Assembly (NCBI GenBank): GCA_017503285.1
Contig: JAFVTH010000007.1
Location: 71,088 to 135,087, forward strand
Source: Clostridia bacterium
Lineage (GTDB): Bacteria > Bacillota > Clostridia > Oscillospirales > CAG-272
Length of the DNA stretch: 64,000 nt
Reading direction: 5' to 3'
Both the position numbers and the translations under genes were made by a program. Positions 27,815-38,685 of this stretch are shown one piece after another (within the stretch, counting starts at the first letter, position 1; each line of letters begins with the position of its first letter). Below the pieces are notes generated by a model. That model searched no databases. It was not told where the DNA came from and saw only the letters and a program-made list of their open reading frames with translations.

Positions 27815-28600
27815 TTGAAAAACACCTTCAAAATTTTAGCAATCGGCGATATTTGCGGCCCGCAAGCAGTTGAATATCTTTCAAAAAAGCTTTGGGGCTT
27901 CAGAAAAAAATATGGGGCTGATATGGTTATTGCCAACGGCGAAAACTGTGCAGAGCCAAACGGCATTGACAAGGAAAGCGCAAGGAAGCTTTTTAGCAGC
28001 GGCGTAGACGTTATAACAACAGGCAACCACGTTTTTAGAAAAAGCTCCATCTTTACCTATCTTGATGACGAGGACAATATTTTAAGACCCCTTAATATGT
28101 CAAGCGAAGCACCGGGTCACGGAGATACCGTAATTAAAATAGACGGCTACAAAATCCTTGTTATGAATGTTATGGGTCAAGCCTATATGGACACTCCGAA
28201 TTGCCCCTTTGAGGCAGTAAAAAAGGCGCTTAGCAAAAATGAGGGTCGTTACGATTTTGCGGTTTTGGATATCCACGCAGAGGCAACAGGGGAGAAAAAG
28301 GCAATCGCCTACGACTTTAGCGACAAAATTGCCGTTACATTTGGCACGCACACCCACGTGCAAACAAACGATGCTGCCATATTAAACGGTACCTCGGCTT
28401 ACCTTACCGACCTTGGTATGTGTGGGGCTAAGGACAGCATTCTCGGCGTAAAAAAGGAAGCGGTTATTTACCGTCTTAAAACAAAGCTCCTTTCCAAATT
28501 TGACTTTGCCGAGGGAGAAATAGAGTGCGATATGGCGCTTTTTGAAATTGACAAATCTACTCTTAAGGGAACGGGAATTACCCTAATTAAAGAAAACTAA
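27815..28600 (+). CDS. ymdB: YmdB-family metallophosphoesterase (TIGR00282; 2',3'-cyclic-nucleotide phosphodiesterase type)
   Basis: ILAIGDICGPQAVEYL...ANGENCAEPNGI...TTGNHVF...GTHTHVQTND. TTG start. Confidence 0.85.
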   Translation: MKNTFKILAIGDICGPQAVEYLSKKLWGFRKKYGADMVIANGENCAEPNGIDKESARKLFSSGVDVITTGNHVFRKSSIFTYLDDEDNILRPLNMSSEAPGHGDTVIKIDGYKILVMNVMGQAYMDTPNCPFEAVKKALSKNEGRYDFAVLDIHAEATGEKKAIAYDFSDKIAVTFGTHTHVQTNDAAILNGTSAYLTDLGMCGAKDSILGVKKEAVIYRLKTKLLSKFDFAEGEIECDMALFEIDKSTLKGTGITLIKEN

Positions 28601-28612
28601 TAGGAGAAAACT

Positions 28613-29893
28613 ATGAAGACAACAGAGCTTTTAAGCTACATCAAAAATGGAAACCTAAACGAAAGACTTGCAGAGATTTACGGCGAGGAAAACGTTGAAA
28701 CCCAAAAGGAAAGATATGAGGACGCGGTAAGAGAGTTCTATCAGTTCTATGGAGAGAGGGATGCGTATCTTTTCTCCGTTCCCGGCAGAAGTGAGCTTTC
28801 CGGTAACCACACCGACCACAACCACGGCAAGGTTCTTGCCGGCTCTATCAACCTTGATATTATTGCAGTCAGCGCAAAAACCGACAGCGGTGTTATAAAA
28901 ATCAAGTCAAAGGGCTTCGATGAGGACTCTGTTGACACTAATACATATACAAGCCCGATAGAGGAGGACTACTTTAAGTCAAATGCGCTTATTGCCGGCA
29001 TGGCAAGGGCATTTACCGACAGCGGTCTTAATAAGGGCGGCTACGTTGCTTACACAACCTCAAATGTATTTAAGGGCTCGGGACTTTCATCCTCTGCAGC
29101 CTTTGAGGTTATGGTTGGTAATATTCTTAACTACTTCTATAACGATGGCAAGGTGGAAAACACCGAGATTGCAAAAATGGCGCAATTTGCAGAAAATGCG
29201 TTCTTTGGCAAGCCCTGCGGACTTATGGACCAAATGGCGTGTGCCGTTGGCGGATTTGTTTATATTGACTTTGAAAACACCTCAAAGCCGGTTATAGAGA
29301 AAATTCCATTTGACCTAAGCGGAGAGGGCTATGCCCTTTGCATTGTAAACACAGGCGGCAACCACGCAGACCTAAACGAGGACTATGCCTCTGTGCCTTA
29401 TGAAATGAAGAGCGTTGCAAGGTTCTTCGGCAAGGAATACCTAAGACAGATTACCAAGGCAGAGGTGCTTGCGTCAGTTGAGCTTCTTCGTCCTGCGGTT
29501 GGCGACAGAGCTATTTTGCGTGCTATCCACTTCTTTGATGAAAACGAAAGAGTTGCAACACAGGCAGAGGCACTAAGAGATAAAAACGTTTCCAAGTTCT
29601 TTGAGTATGTAAAGAAATCCGGTCGCTCCAGCTTTATGTACCTACAAAATGTATACACAACCAAGAATGTAAGAGAGCAGGGTCTTTCCCTTGCCCTTGC
29701 TATAACTGACTCGACCCTTGCCGGCACAAGCTCTGCTTTCCGTGTACACGGTGGCGGATTTGCCGGTACAATACAGGCGTTTGTTCCATTTAGCCTTGTT
29801 GAGCAGTACAGAGAGGCAATTGATTCTGCATTCGGCACAGGCGCTTGTCATGTTCTTAGGATTCGTCCGGACGGCGCAATTATGGTGCTGTAA
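28613..29893 (+). CDS. galK: Galactokinase-family GHMP sugar kinase
   Basis: GRSELSGNHTDHNHGKVLAGSI (galactokinase signature variant) and the GHMP motif GSGLSSSAAF. No galT or galE nearby. Confidence 0.75.
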   Translation: MKTTELLSYIKNGNLNERLAEIYGEENVETQKERYEDAVREFYQFYGERDAYLFSVPGRSELSGNHTDHNHGKVLAGSINLDIIAVSAKTDSGVIKIKSKGFDEDSVDTNTYTSPIEEDYFKSNALIAGMARAFTDSGLNKGGYVAYTTSNVFKGSGLSSSAAFEVMVGNILNYFYNDGKVENTEIAKMAQFAENAFFGKPCGLMDQMACAVGGFVYIDFENTSKPVIEKIPFDLSGEGYALCIVNTGGNHADLNEDYASVPYEMKSVARFFGKEYLRQITKAEVLASVELLRPAVGDRAILRAIHFFDENERVATQAEALRDKNVSKFFEYVKKSGRSSFMYLQNVYTTKNVREQGLSLALAITDSTLAGTSSAFRVHGGGFAGTIQAFVPFSLVEQYREAIDSAFGTGACHVLRIRPDGAIMVL

Positions 29894-30681
29894 TGCTGGA
29901 GGCATATACATTATATTCCGGCTCAAGTGGTAACTGTATCCTTGTAAAAAGCAAGGAAAGTGCCATACTTTTCGACGCAGGAAAAAGTGCAAGGGCGATA
30001 CAAACCGCCCTTGCTTCTGTTAATTTGGATATTTCAAAAATCAACGCAATCTTCGTCACTCACGAGCATGGGGACCATACCGGCGGTCTTGAAATGATAT
30101 CTAAAAAACATAGAATACCTGTGCATATAACAGCCCCATCATACGCAAATTATGTAAGAGCAGGCACCTTCCTTTCGCAGGTTAGCGTTGTGCATGATGT
30201 TATTTACGGTGTAAATATCGGGGACTTAAAAATCAAGTCCTTTCCCATTCCTCACGATGCTGCGCAAAATGTGGGCTACATAATAGAAGCAGAAAATGGC
30301 GACAAAATGGGCATAGCTACCGATATGGGCTTTGTTACCGAGGAGATTGTCAACAATCTGACAGGCTGTGGGACGGTTATTGTCGAGTCAAATCACGACA
30401 TAAAAATGGTAAGAAGCGGACCATATCCTGCGTTTTTGAAGGAAAGGATTTTGTCAAAGCACGGACACCTTTCAAATGAGGAGTGTGCCGGTCTTTGTGT
30501 CCACCTTGCCAAAAACGGCACAAGGGCTATTACCCTTGCCCACCTAAGCCGAGAAAACAACACACCTATTTTGGCATTTTCTACCACCAAGGATGCCCTT
30601 TATAAGGCAGGGCTTGAAGAGGTTTGCTTAAGGGTTGCATCTCCCGAAAGCGTTGTTTGTGCTACTCTACAAGGAGAATAA
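29893..30681 (+). CDS. MBL-fold metallo-hydrolase (YycJ/WalJ-like)
   Basis: THEHGDHTGG metal motif, SGSSGNC N-terminus. Its start overlaps the galK stop. Confidence 0.8.
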   Translation: MLEAYTLYSGSSGNCILVKSKESAILFDAGKSARAIQTALASVNLDISKINAIFVTHEHGDHTGGLEMISKKHRIPVHITAPSYANYVRAGTFLSQVSVVHDVIYGVNIGDLKIKSFPIPHDAAQNVGYIIEAENGDKMGIATDMGFVTEEIVNNLTGCGTVIVESNHDIKMVRSGPYPAFLKERILSKHGHLSNEECAGLCVHLAKNGTRAITLAHLSRENNTPILAFSTTKDALYKAGLEEVCLRVASPESVVCATLQGE

Positions 30682-30682
30682 A

Positions 30683-31408
30683 ATGACTGATTTTCAAAAA
30701 AAGCTAATAGCCGTGGCAGAGAAAAACGAAAAAACTGCGGGCATTATTAAGGAAAAGGATGCCGAGGTCTTAGAGGCGCTTTGCCACCATATGCTAAAGG
30801 TAAATGAAAGCCTAAACCTAACTGCCATAAGGGACGAGGATGGGGTTATATTAAAGCACCTTGTTGACTCCTGCGCCTGTGTGCCTTATATAAAGGAAAA
30901 CGCAAGAGTTGCGGATATCGGCTGTGGTGGTGGCTTTCCATCACTTGTAATTGCTATTTTGCGCGGGGACGTGTCTGTTTTTTCTGTTGATAGCGTTACA
31001 AAAAAGGTAAAATATGTTGAGGACACGGCAAATATGCTAAGCCTGAATGTAAGCACTTCAAATCGCCGTGCTGAGGAGCTTGGGCAGGACCCGAAATACA
31101 GAGAAAAATTTGATGCTGCAACTGCCCGTGCCGTTGGCAGGCTCAACCTTATTTGTGAGCTTTGCTTGCCACTTGTTAAGGTTGGTGGTTGCTTTATAGC
31201 TATGAAATCACAAAGCACAGATGAGGAGCTTTGTGAGGCGGAAAACGCAATAAAGCTTCTTGGCGGAAGAATAAAGACAGTTGAAAGATATACTCTAAGG
31301 GACGAAAGCGAGTGCCTTGAGAGGACTATGGTTATTATAGAAAAGGTGGAGCAAACACCTAAAAAATACCCAAGGAATAATTCACAAATATCCAAAAAGC
31401 CACTTTAA
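30683..31408 (+). CDS. rsmG: 16S rRNA (guanine527-N7)-methyltransferase RsmG (GidB)
   Basis: NLTAIRDEDGVILKHLVDS...DIGCGGGFPSLVIAI pattern. ATG 30683 follows GGAGAA. Confidence 0.88.
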   Translation: MTDFQKKLIAVAEKNEKTAGIIKEKDAEVLEALCHHMLKVNESLNLTAIRDEDGVILKHLVDSCACVPYIKENARVADIGCGGGFPSLVIAILRGDVSVFSVDSVTKKVKYVEDTANMLSLNVSTSNRRAEELGQDPKYREKFDAATARAVGRLNLICELCLPLVKVGGCFIAMKSQSTDEELCEAENAIKLLGGRIKTVERYTLRDESECLERTMVIIEKVEQTPKKYPRNNSQISKKPL

Positions 31409-31425
31409 TATAAGAGGGTGAAGTA

Positions 31426-32697
31426 ATGAAAAAAACAGGTCTAAAAATTATATTTGTCTTGACCCTGTGTCTTGCTTTGTCGTTTGTCCTAATAGGCTGT
31501 GACCTAACGGGCGACGGCACAGTAAAGGGCAAATATTTTGACTTTGTTAGCATAGACCGGGAAATAACAGGGGATATGTGCCACCTTACAGTTGTGACAA
31601 GCTGTCCCTTGCCAATTTATGAATATACTGCCAGCCTCATTTTTGTATCAGAGGACGGCACACAGTTTTTTGAAACTGAAAAAGCAACAGTAACCAAGGA
31701 ATTTTTAGCAAATGAAAGCATTGAGCTTTCCTTTAGTGCAAAAAAGAGCGATTGCGACAAGGCGGTAAGCTACAAGCTTAATATAGTTGGAAAAAGCAAG
31801 GAAAGGCTAAGCACCCTTAAGGAAAAAACCTTTGAGGTTACATATATGTATGGAAGCACTGTACTTGGCACCGAGCAGGTACAGGGGCTTAGCGCACCAA
31901 GTGGCACAAGCCTTGAAAAGGAATACCTCACGCTTTCCGGCTGGGCAAGCGACAATACTCTAAAGAACAGGGTTGACCTTAGTAAGCAGGAAATTTGCCG
32001 AGATACAACCTACTATGCCCTGACAGACTTTAACGCAGAGAAAATAATAAATAAGCTCTCCTGCGAAACAAACCAAAGCATGGTTATGGTGGAAAGCACC
32101 CATGGCTCGGGCTTTGGCTTTTCCGAGGCAGAGGTAAAGAGCCGTGGCTCAGGGGCGATTATCTACACCGATAACACCTACGCCTATGTTATTACCAATA
32201 ACCATGTTGTAACAAACGACACCTATCCACTTAAAAAAATAGTGGTTTACGATAGCTTTGGTAGCCCCTACGAGGCAGAGCTTTGCAAAAAGGGTGCAGT
32301 AAGCTCAAAAAGTGATGACTACGACCTTGCGCTCCTTCGCTTTATGAAGGGTATAAAGGAGTTTACACCTATTCCTCTTGCAAGTGAGGACTGTGGGGTT
32401 GGCTCACTTGTGGCTTCACTGGGTAGTCCAAACAGTCAGCAAAACACCATAACCCTTGGCAAGGTTTACATGGTAGATAGCTGTCATGGCGAAATCACGC
32501 TGAATTTTCCGGTTGTGTACCACACAGCTCTGATAGCACACGGCTCATCCGGTGGCGCACTTCTTAATGATGAGCTGGAGCTTGTTGGTGTAAACTTTGC
32601 AGGCTATAGCCAAGACAAAAGCTTTGACAACGGACTTAGTGTGCCTGTGTCTAAATTAAGGGAGTTTTTAAGCAGGTATAGTGACCTGCCCCTATAA
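31426..32697 (+). CDS. Lipoprotein with a Flg_new-type repeat and a C-terminal trypsin-like (S1) serine protease domain
   Basis: Lipobox LIGCD. Catalytic triad context ITNNHVV, YDLALLRF, HGSSGGALLN. Confidence 0.75.
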   Translation: MKKTGLKIIFVLTLCLALSFVLIGCDLTGDGTVKGKYFDFVSIDREITGDMCHLTVVTSCPLPIYEYTASLIFVSEDGTQFFETEKATVTKEFLANESIELSFSAKKSDCDKAVSYKLNIVGKSKERLSTLKEKTFEVTYMYGSTVLGTEQVQGLSAPSGTSLEKEYLTLSGWASDNTLKNRVDLSKQEICRDTTYYALTDFNAEKIINKLSCETNQSMVMVESTHGSGFGFSEAEVKSRGSGAIIYTDNTYAYVITNNHVVTNDTYPLKKIVVYDSFGSPYEAELCKKGAVSSKSDDYDLALLRFMKGIKEFTPIPLASEDCGVGSLVASLGSPNSQQNTITLGKVYMVDSCHGEITLNFPVVYHTALIAHGSSGGALLNDELELVGVNFAGYSQDKSFDNGLSVPVSKLREFLSRYSDLPL

Positions 32698-32838
32698 TTT
32701 CACATTTTTTATAAATAATATATAATTGTTAACAACTTGTTCATAATTATATGCTACAATTTATTATATTTTATTACTTTAGCGCACTAAAGTGTGCGCT
32801 TAGCATCCCGTTTTGAAGGATGCGGAAGGGAGGCAAGG

Positions 32839-34233
32839 ATGCCAACTGCAAAAAAAGAATTAACTAAGCTGACACCTCAAATTATGAGATATGTGGATTT
32901 GTGCTCCAGCACAACATACATCGAGCCGGAGATGTACATTAAGTATGATGTAAAAAGAGGCTTGCGTGACCTTGACGGTAAGGGTGTTGTTGCCGGTCTT
33001 ACAGAAATTTCTGAAATCAACTCATTTATAGATAATCCGGACGGTACAAGGACACCTTGTGACGGCGAGCTTTACTATCGCGGTATTAATATCAACGACT
33101 TAGTAGGGGGCTTCCTTTCTGACAACCGTCAGGGCTTTGAGGAAACTGTATATCTTTTGCTTTTTGGTAAGCTACCGACTAAAAGAGAGCTTACCGAGTT
33201 TAGAGAGCTTTTGAATAAGTATAGGAGCCTGCCGAGAAACTTCGTGCGTGACGTGCTTATGAAGGCATCGGGTAAGGATATGATGAATGTCCTTGCAAGA
33301 AGCGTTTTGACCCTTTACGCCTACGACGACAAGGCAGATGACACCTCTATTCCAAACGTACTGCGTCAATGCCTACAGCTTATTTCCGAAATGCCGCTTT
33401 TGGCGGTTTACGCATACCGCAGCTACCTTTACTATGAAAAGAAAAAGAGCCTTATTATAAGAAGGCCAAAGCCGGAATACTCAACAGCTGAGAACATTCT
33501 CTATATGCTAAGAAAGGACGGCTCCTTCACCCCTCTTGAGGCGCAGATTCTTGACCTTGCCCTTGTGCTACACGCAGAGCATGGCGGTGGTAACAACTCA
33601 TCCTTTACAACCCACGTTGTTACATCCTCCGGCACAGATACCTATTCAACAATTGCGGCATCCTTAGGCTCTCTTAAGGGTCCGCGCCACGGTGGCGCAA
33701 ATGCCAAGGTTGTTGAAATGATTGACAACATAAAGAAGAATTTAAGTGACTATAATGACGAGGACGAAATAAGAGCTTACCTTACAAAAATTCTTAACAA
33801 AGAGGTTTTTGACGGCAAGGGACTTATTTATGGTATGGGTCACGCGGTTTATGCACTTAGCGACCCACGTGCAAAGATTTTCAAGGGCTTTGTTGAAAAG
33901 CTGTCCAAGGAAAAGGGACTTGAAAAGGACTACAAGCTTTGCGCCCTCATTGAGCAGCTTGCCCCGGAGGTTATTGCCAAGGAAAGAAAGATTTATAAGG
34001 GCGTTAGCGCAAATATCGACTTTTATAGTGGCTTTGTTTATAATATGCTCGGCTTGCCAACTGAGCTGTTTACTCCAATCTTTGCAATTGCAAGAATTGC
34101 AGGCTGGAGCGCACACCGTCTTGAGGAGCTTTTGCTAAACGGAAAGATTATCCGTCCGGGCTATCAGCACGTTTGCCCAAGACAGGAATATATTCCAATG
34201 AGCCACAGACACAAATCAAAGGACAACAAATAA
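32839..34233 (+). CDS. Citrate synthase family protein
   Basis: LHAEHGGGNNSSFT, GPRHGGAN, GMGHAVY, NIDFYSG motifs. ATG 32839 follows GGAAGGGAGG. Confidence 0.88.
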   Translation: MPTAKKELTKLTPQIMRYVDLCSSTTYIEPEMYIKYDVKRGLRDLDGKGVVAGLTEISEINSFIDNPDGTRTPCDGELYYRGININDLVGGFLSDNRQGFEETVYLLLFGKLPTKRELTEFRELLNKYRSLPRNFVRDVLMKASGKDMMNVLARSVLTLYAYDDKADDTSIPNVLRQCLQLISEMPLLAVYAYRSYLYYEKKKSLIIRRPKPEYSTAENILYMLRKDGSFTPLEAQILDLALVLHAEHGGGNNSSFTTHVVTSSGTDTYSTIAASLGSLKGPRHGGANAKVVEMIDNIKKNLSDYNDEDEIRAYLTKILNKEVFDGKGLIYGMGHAVYALSDPRAKIFKGFVEKLSKEKGLEKDYKLCALIEQLAPEVIAKERKIYKGVSANIDFYSGFVYNMLGLPTELFTPIFAIARIAGWSAHRLEELLLNGKIIRPGYQHVCPRQEYIPMSHRHKSKDNK

Positions 34234-34262
34234 AAAATGCGACCGTTTGGTCGCATTTTTAT
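34233..34262. terminator. Bidirectional intrinsic terminator
   Basis: AAAAAATGCGACC-GTTT-GGTCGCATTTTT. Confidence 0.85.
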
Positions 34263-34263
34263 T

Positions 34264-35850
34264 TTACTGATTAGCTATATCGCTTTCATAAAGCTGATTA
34301 AAGCTCTTTGCTGTTTGGAGTGTTGTGCCTACATTTTCTTCAGTAATGTAGTAGTAGGTATCTCCAATTTTATAAAAGGCTGCAATATAAACCTCTGTGT
34401 CTGTAAGCTTAACGCCGTTATATTCCTGGTCGGTAAAGCCTGTTACAACCATGTCCATAATGTTGTATTTTGTGTAGGTTGGCTTAGAAAACTCAACAGC
34501 AGCAACGCCGGCTCTTTCGCCGTTTTCGTCAAAGGCACAGCCCGTGTCGCTAACGCTGGATTTTAGTGTAGCCAAAAGGCCATAAGAGGTAATTTTCTTA
34601 GACTCATCAACCATAGAGTTGTAAAGCTCATAGGAATCAAAGTTAATAGCAACGCCTGCGCTAATGCGCTTTGACTCGCCATAGAGAGAGTAAGAATATC
34701 CTCTTGGTATAAAGATAGGAGCATATTCTGTTATATCGCCCTTTCCACAGTGTGTGCAAAGTGTTTGGTCCTTCATAGGAAGAGTAGCGTCTACAAATAC
34801 AAACTCTCTTTCGCCGGGCATACCGTTGCAATTGGAGCAGGTTACCGCATTATAGAAAATTGTATTGGTGTAGGTTTTTGTAGGGTCATAGTTTTCAAAA
34901 GATTCAATGCTGTGATTTGCAAGCTTGGAAACATTTGACTTCAAAATGGTTGGATTATCGCCTGTATAAAAAACAACGTTAGGAACAAGTGAGTGAAGAA
35001 AACCGCTTGCAAGTCCAAAATTTTCTTCTGTCATAGCAGGGATAAACATTTGCACACCCGTCTGATAACAGTGACCAAATGCATCGCTACTGATTGTTGT
35101 AAGTGAGTGTGGAAAAACTATTGTAGTTGCTATGTTGTTTTGCAAACTATTTGAACCGATAGAGATCAAGGTGCTTGGGAACTTGATAACTGAAAGGTTA
35201 GAGTTTCCGCCAAACGCCCAGCTCGGAATAGACGTAATCTGTGTCTTTGAAAGATCAAGCTCTCTCAAATCGCAGCTCTTAAACGCGCTTCCACCAAGTG
35301 ATGTAAGTGATGGTGGGAAGGTAACAGACGTAAGGCTTGAGCAACCGTTAAAGCATACGCTACCGAAGGCTGCAACCTTAGAATTCTCGGTACAAACAAC
35401 TGTCTTTAAGCTTGTGCTTCCGTAGAATTCTGCGTTGGAGCAGGAAATTGCAGAAGCTGCCAAATAGTTGTCAATTTTAACGCTTTCAAGATAAGCAAGA
35501 TATCTGAAGGCGTGGTGTCCTATCGACTGTACGTAAGCACCGATTTCTACCGTTTTGATAAATTGGTTGTTATCTGCAGATCCGGAAGTTGAACCAAAAG
35601 CGCTACTTGCAATTTGGGTAACCTTATACTCAACGTTGTTAATGGTGACAGTGGCAGGGATAACTACGTTAACAACCTCGCAGTTTTTTCTGTTTTCGCT
35701 GGATACGATAGCATATGCGTCCTCTCCGCTTCCGTTGAGTTCGTAGTATATGCCGTCTTCGTGCTTTACAGCCGCAGCCATGGAAGCGAAAGAAAGGGCA
35801 AAAACCATAATCGCCGCCAAAGCTACAAAGATAATAATCTTCTTTTTCAT
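34264..35850 (-). CDS. Secreted BspA-type leucine-rich repeat protein with two CxxC modules
   Basis: Signal MKKKIIIFVALAAIMVFALSFASMAAA. Repeated ..IPxxV..I...AF.....L..V patterns. TCSNCNG and LCTHCGK. Confidence 0.75.
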   Translation of the reverse strand: MKKKIIIFVALAAIMVFALSFASMAAAVKHEDGIYYELNGSGEDAYAIVSSENRKNCEVVNVVIPATVTINNVEYKVTQIASSAFGSTSGSADNNQFIKTVEIGAYVQSIGHHAFRYLAYLESVKIDNYLAASAISCSNAEFYGSTSLKTVVCTENSKVAAFGSVCFNGCSSLTSVTFPPSLTSLGGSAFKSCDLRELDLSKTQITSIPSWAFGGNSNLSVIKFPSTLISIGSNSLQNNIATTIVFPHSLTTISSDAFGHCYQTGVQMFIPAMTEENFGLASGFLHSLVPNVVFYTGDNPTILKSNVSKLANHSIESFENYDPTKTYTNTIFYNAVTCSNCNGMPGEREFVFVDATLPMKDQTLCTHCGKGDITEYAPIFIPRGYSYSLYGESKRISAGVAINFDSYELYNSMVDESKKITSYGLLATLKSSVSDTGCAFDENGERAGVAAVEFSKPTYTKYNIMDMVVTGFTDQEYNGVKLTDTEVYIAAFYKIGDTYYYITEENVGTTLQTAKSFNQLYESDIANQ

Positions 35851-36064
35851 AAATAATCTCCTTTATAGAATATATATTCAATTTAATTTTAACAGAAGTT
35901 ATAGTGATTTGTCAATGGCTATAATGGTTATAAAAACGCAGAATATAATCATAAATTAAGAAAATTACGAAAAAAGTGTGCAGATGAAGTATTGTATATA
36001 GCCTATACTATTGCAAAGGTCGCTTATTTGTGATAATATAAATAAAAAAAAGAAAGAGCAAAAT

Positions 36065-36736
36065 ATGAGGATTTTATTTCAAGGGGACTCTATAACTGAC
36101 GGAAACCGTTATAAGGACGAGGAAAGCCGTTGGGACAAGAACCACCAAATTGGACATACATACGCATATATAGTTACAAGCCTTTTTACGATGAAATACC
36201 CACAGCGCGGATTTGAGTTTATAAACCGCGGAGTTAGTGGAAATCGCACCGAGGAGCTTGTCTTGCGCTGGGAAAAGGACACCCTTATGGAAAAGCCGGA
36301 TGTGCTTATTTTGCTTATCGGCACAAATGATGTTTGCTGCGGCTATGAGGGCAGAGAATACGACGAGGACGCAAGCGGCTACGAGGAAAGGTACAGGCTT
36401 TTGCTAACACAGGCAAGAGGGCAAAATCCGGACCTTAAAATTGTTATAATGGAGCCGTTTGCTTATATAGACGCCCAAGCGCCAAGCGATATAGCAAGCT
36501 ATGACTTTAAGAAAAGAAAAATGAAAAATGTGCAAGCCAAATCAAGAAAAATCGCCAAGGAGTTTGGGGCAGTATTTGTGCCCTTGCAACACATTTTTGA
36601 TAAAACAATAGACACTCCCTCGGCAAAATACTGGATTTGGGACGGTGTGCATCCCACGGAGGCAGGTCACGGGCTTATAGCCGGAGAGCTTTGCCGAGCG
36701 CTTAACAAAATATTACTGACAGATATAGATTTTTGA
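36065..36736 (+). CDS. SGNH/GDSL-family hydrolase
   Basis: MRILFQGDSITDG (block I), GTND, and DGVHPT (block V). Confidence 0.85.
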   Translation: MRILFQGDSITDGNRYKDEESRWDKNHQIGHTYAYIVTSLFTMKYPQRGFEFINRGVSGNRTEELVLRWEKDTLMEKPDVLILLIGTNDVCCGYEGREYDEDASGYEERYRLLLTQARGQNPDLKIVIMEPFAYIDAQAPSDIASYDFKKRKMKNVQAKSRKIAKEFGAVFVPLQHIFDKTIDTPSAKYWIWDGVHPTEAGHGLIAGELCRALNKILLTDIDF

Positions 36737-36744
36737 GGTGAAAA

Positions 36745-37272
36745 ATGGAACTAACAAACGCAATTTATGAAAGAAGAAGCATAAGAAATTATACCCCCTG
36801 TGAAATAACAGAGGAAGAAATTAAGGAGCTTATAAAGAGCGCCCAAATGGCACCAAGCTGGAAAAACTCCGAAACTGCAAGGTTTTACGTTGCACACTCT
36901 GCCGAGGCAAGAGACGCGGTAAGACAGCGCCTTGCCAGCTTTAACAAGGAGCGCACAGAGGGCGCTGGCGCTTTTATAGTAACAACAGTTGTAAAGGGCG
37001 ATAGCGGTTATGTGCGCGGAGAGCCAACCCACCTAGGAAACGGCTTTGAGTGCTTTGACAACGGCTTGGCAGTAGAAAACCTGCTTTTGAAGGCGCACGA
37101 AATGGGCTACGGCACACTTATTATGGGTCTTTACCACGAAAGCGAGCTAAGAGAGTATTTTAACGTACCGGAAACAGAGGCATTAGTAGTTGTTATCGCC
37201 GTTGGCAAGGCAGATGCTTCTCCCGACGCGCCGGAGCGCAAGGCACTTAGCGAAATTTTAACAATAAAGTAA
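36745..37272 (+). CDS. Nitroreductase family protein
   Basis: ERRSIRNYT N-terminal motif, APSWKNSE; 175 aa. Confidence 0.8.
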   Translation: MELTNAIYERRSIRNYTPCEITEEEIKELIKSAQMAPSWKNSETARFYVAHSAEARDAVRQRLASFNKERTEGAGAFIVTTVVKGDSGYVRGEPTHLGNGFECFDNGLAVENLLLKAHEMGYGTLIMGLYHESELREYFNVPETEALVVVIAVGKADASPDAPERKALSEILTIK

Positions 37273-37297
37273 AAAACGGGACCCTGTGTCCCGTTTT
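37271..37297 (+). terminator. Intrinsic terminator after the nitroreductase gene
   Basis: AAAAAACGGGAC-CCTGT-GTCCCGTTTTT. Confidence 0.85.
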
Positions 37298-37312
37298 TGT
37301 TGTTTTGTAAGC

Positions 37313-37339
37313 AAAAAAGCGACCAAACGGTCGCTTTTT
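37313..37339 (-). terminator. Intrinsic terminator ending the pyr operon
   Basis: AAAAAAGCGACC-AAAC-GGTCGCTTTTT, directly after the pyrI stop. Confidence 0.85.
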
Positions 37340-37340
37340 A

Positions 37341-37757
37341 TTATTTCGCCTTTGCTTCGCAGTATAGGCAACGGTAAACCCTGTTTTCCTTGTCTGTTAG
37401 GGTAAATACCTGGTCAAGCTCCTGCTCACAGGAGGTAATACAGCGTGGATTTTTGCAGGAAATAACGTTTACAAGCTTCTTTGGAAGCTCAACAGCCTTT
37501 TTCTCTACAATTTTTCCGTTCTTAATTATATTGATTGTTGCATTTGGGTCAACATAGCCAAGGATTGCCACATCAAGCTCAATATCAGCATCAATCTTTA
37601 TAATATCCTTTTTGCCCATTTGACGGCTACCAACATTTTTGCCAATAACCACAGAGCAGTCAAGAGTATCAAGCTTCAAAAGTGAATAAAGCTCCATACC
37701 AAGACCTGCTGTAATATGGTCAATAACTATTCCGTTTTTAATAGAATCAATATTCAT
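37341..37757 (-). CDS. pyrI: Aspartate carbamoyltransferase regulatory subunit
   Basis: IKNGIVIDHI N-terminus and a C-terminal zinc domain CKNPRCIT...YRCLYC. Confidence 0.92.
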   Translation of the reverse strand: MNIDSIKNGIVIDHITAGLGMELYSLLKLDTLDCSVVIGKNVGSRQMGKKDIIKIDADIELDVAILGYVDPNATINIIKNGKIVEKKAVELPKKLVNVISCKNPRCITSCEQELDQVFTLTDKENRVYRCLYCEAKAK

Positions 37758-37768
37758 AGCCTACCCCC

Positions 37769-38683
37769 TTATTTAATTCCAAGAAGCATAAGTATAAGCG
37801 CCATACGCATATACTTGCCGTTTAGCGCCTGCTCAAAGTAGTGGGCACGTGGGTCTGTGTCAACCTTTACGCTAATTTCATTAACTCTTGGCAGTGGATG
37901 CATAATGGAAAGGTCACTTTTTGCATTTTGTAGCTTTGGAAGGTCCAAAATGTAGCTGTCCTTAAGGCGTAGATAGTCCTCCTCGTTGAAGAAGCGCTCC
38001 TTTTGAACTCTTGTCATATAAAGCACATCAAGCTCAGCCATAGCGCCCTGCAAATCTGTGGTTTCCACATACTCAATACCGTTTTTGTCAAGCACCTCTG
38101 TCTTAACATAGTCAGGAATCTTAAGCTCCACAGGGGAGATAAGCACAAATTTTATGTTCTTATATCTTGACATAGCGCCAATAAGCGAATGTACAGTTCT
38201 GCCAAACTTAAGGTCACCGCAAAGACCGATTGTAAGGTTATCAAAGCGACCCTTCTTGCGCTTGATTGTAAGAAGGTCAGCAAGGGTCTGTGTTGGGTGA
38301 TTGTGTCCACCATCGCCTGCGTTAACAACAGGGATTGTGGCATTCATAGCTGCAACAAGCGGCGCACCCTCCTTAGGATGACGCATAGCAATAATGTCTG
38401 CATAGCAGGAAATCATCCTTGCTGTATCGGCAACGCTCTCGCCCTTAGCAGAGGAGGAGGAGCTTGCCTCGGAAAAGCCAAGCACATTTCCGCCAAGCTC
38501 ATACATAGCCGCCTCAAAGCTAAGGCGTGTTCTTGTAGATGGCTCGAAGAAAAGTGTAGCAAGCTTCTTGCCCTTACATTTTTCGCTATATTTTGCCGGG
38601 TTTTCAATAATATCAAGTGCGCAATTTACAAGGGAGTCAATCTCCTCAAGGGAAAGCTCCTTTATATCAATTAAGCTTCTCAT
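37769..38683 (-). CDS. pyrB: Aspartate carbamoyltransferase catalytic subunit
   Basis: [22 protein letters not shown] motifs. Confidence 0.95.
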   Translation of the reverse strand: MRSLIDIKELSLEEIDSLVNCALDIIENPAKYSEKCKGKKLATLFFEPSTRTRLSFEAAMYELGGNVLGFSEASSSSSAKGESVADTARMISCYADIIAMRHPKEGAPLVAAMNATIPVVNAGDGGHNHPTQTLADLLTIKRKKGRFDNLTIGLCGDLKFGRTVHSLIGAMSRYKNIKFVLISPVELKIPDYVKTEVLDKNGIEYVETTDLQGAMAELDVLYMTRVQKERFFNEEDYLRLKDSYILDLPKLQNAKSDLSIMHPLPRVNEISVKVDTDPRAHYFEQALNGKYMRMALILMLLGIK

Positions 38684-38685
38684 AT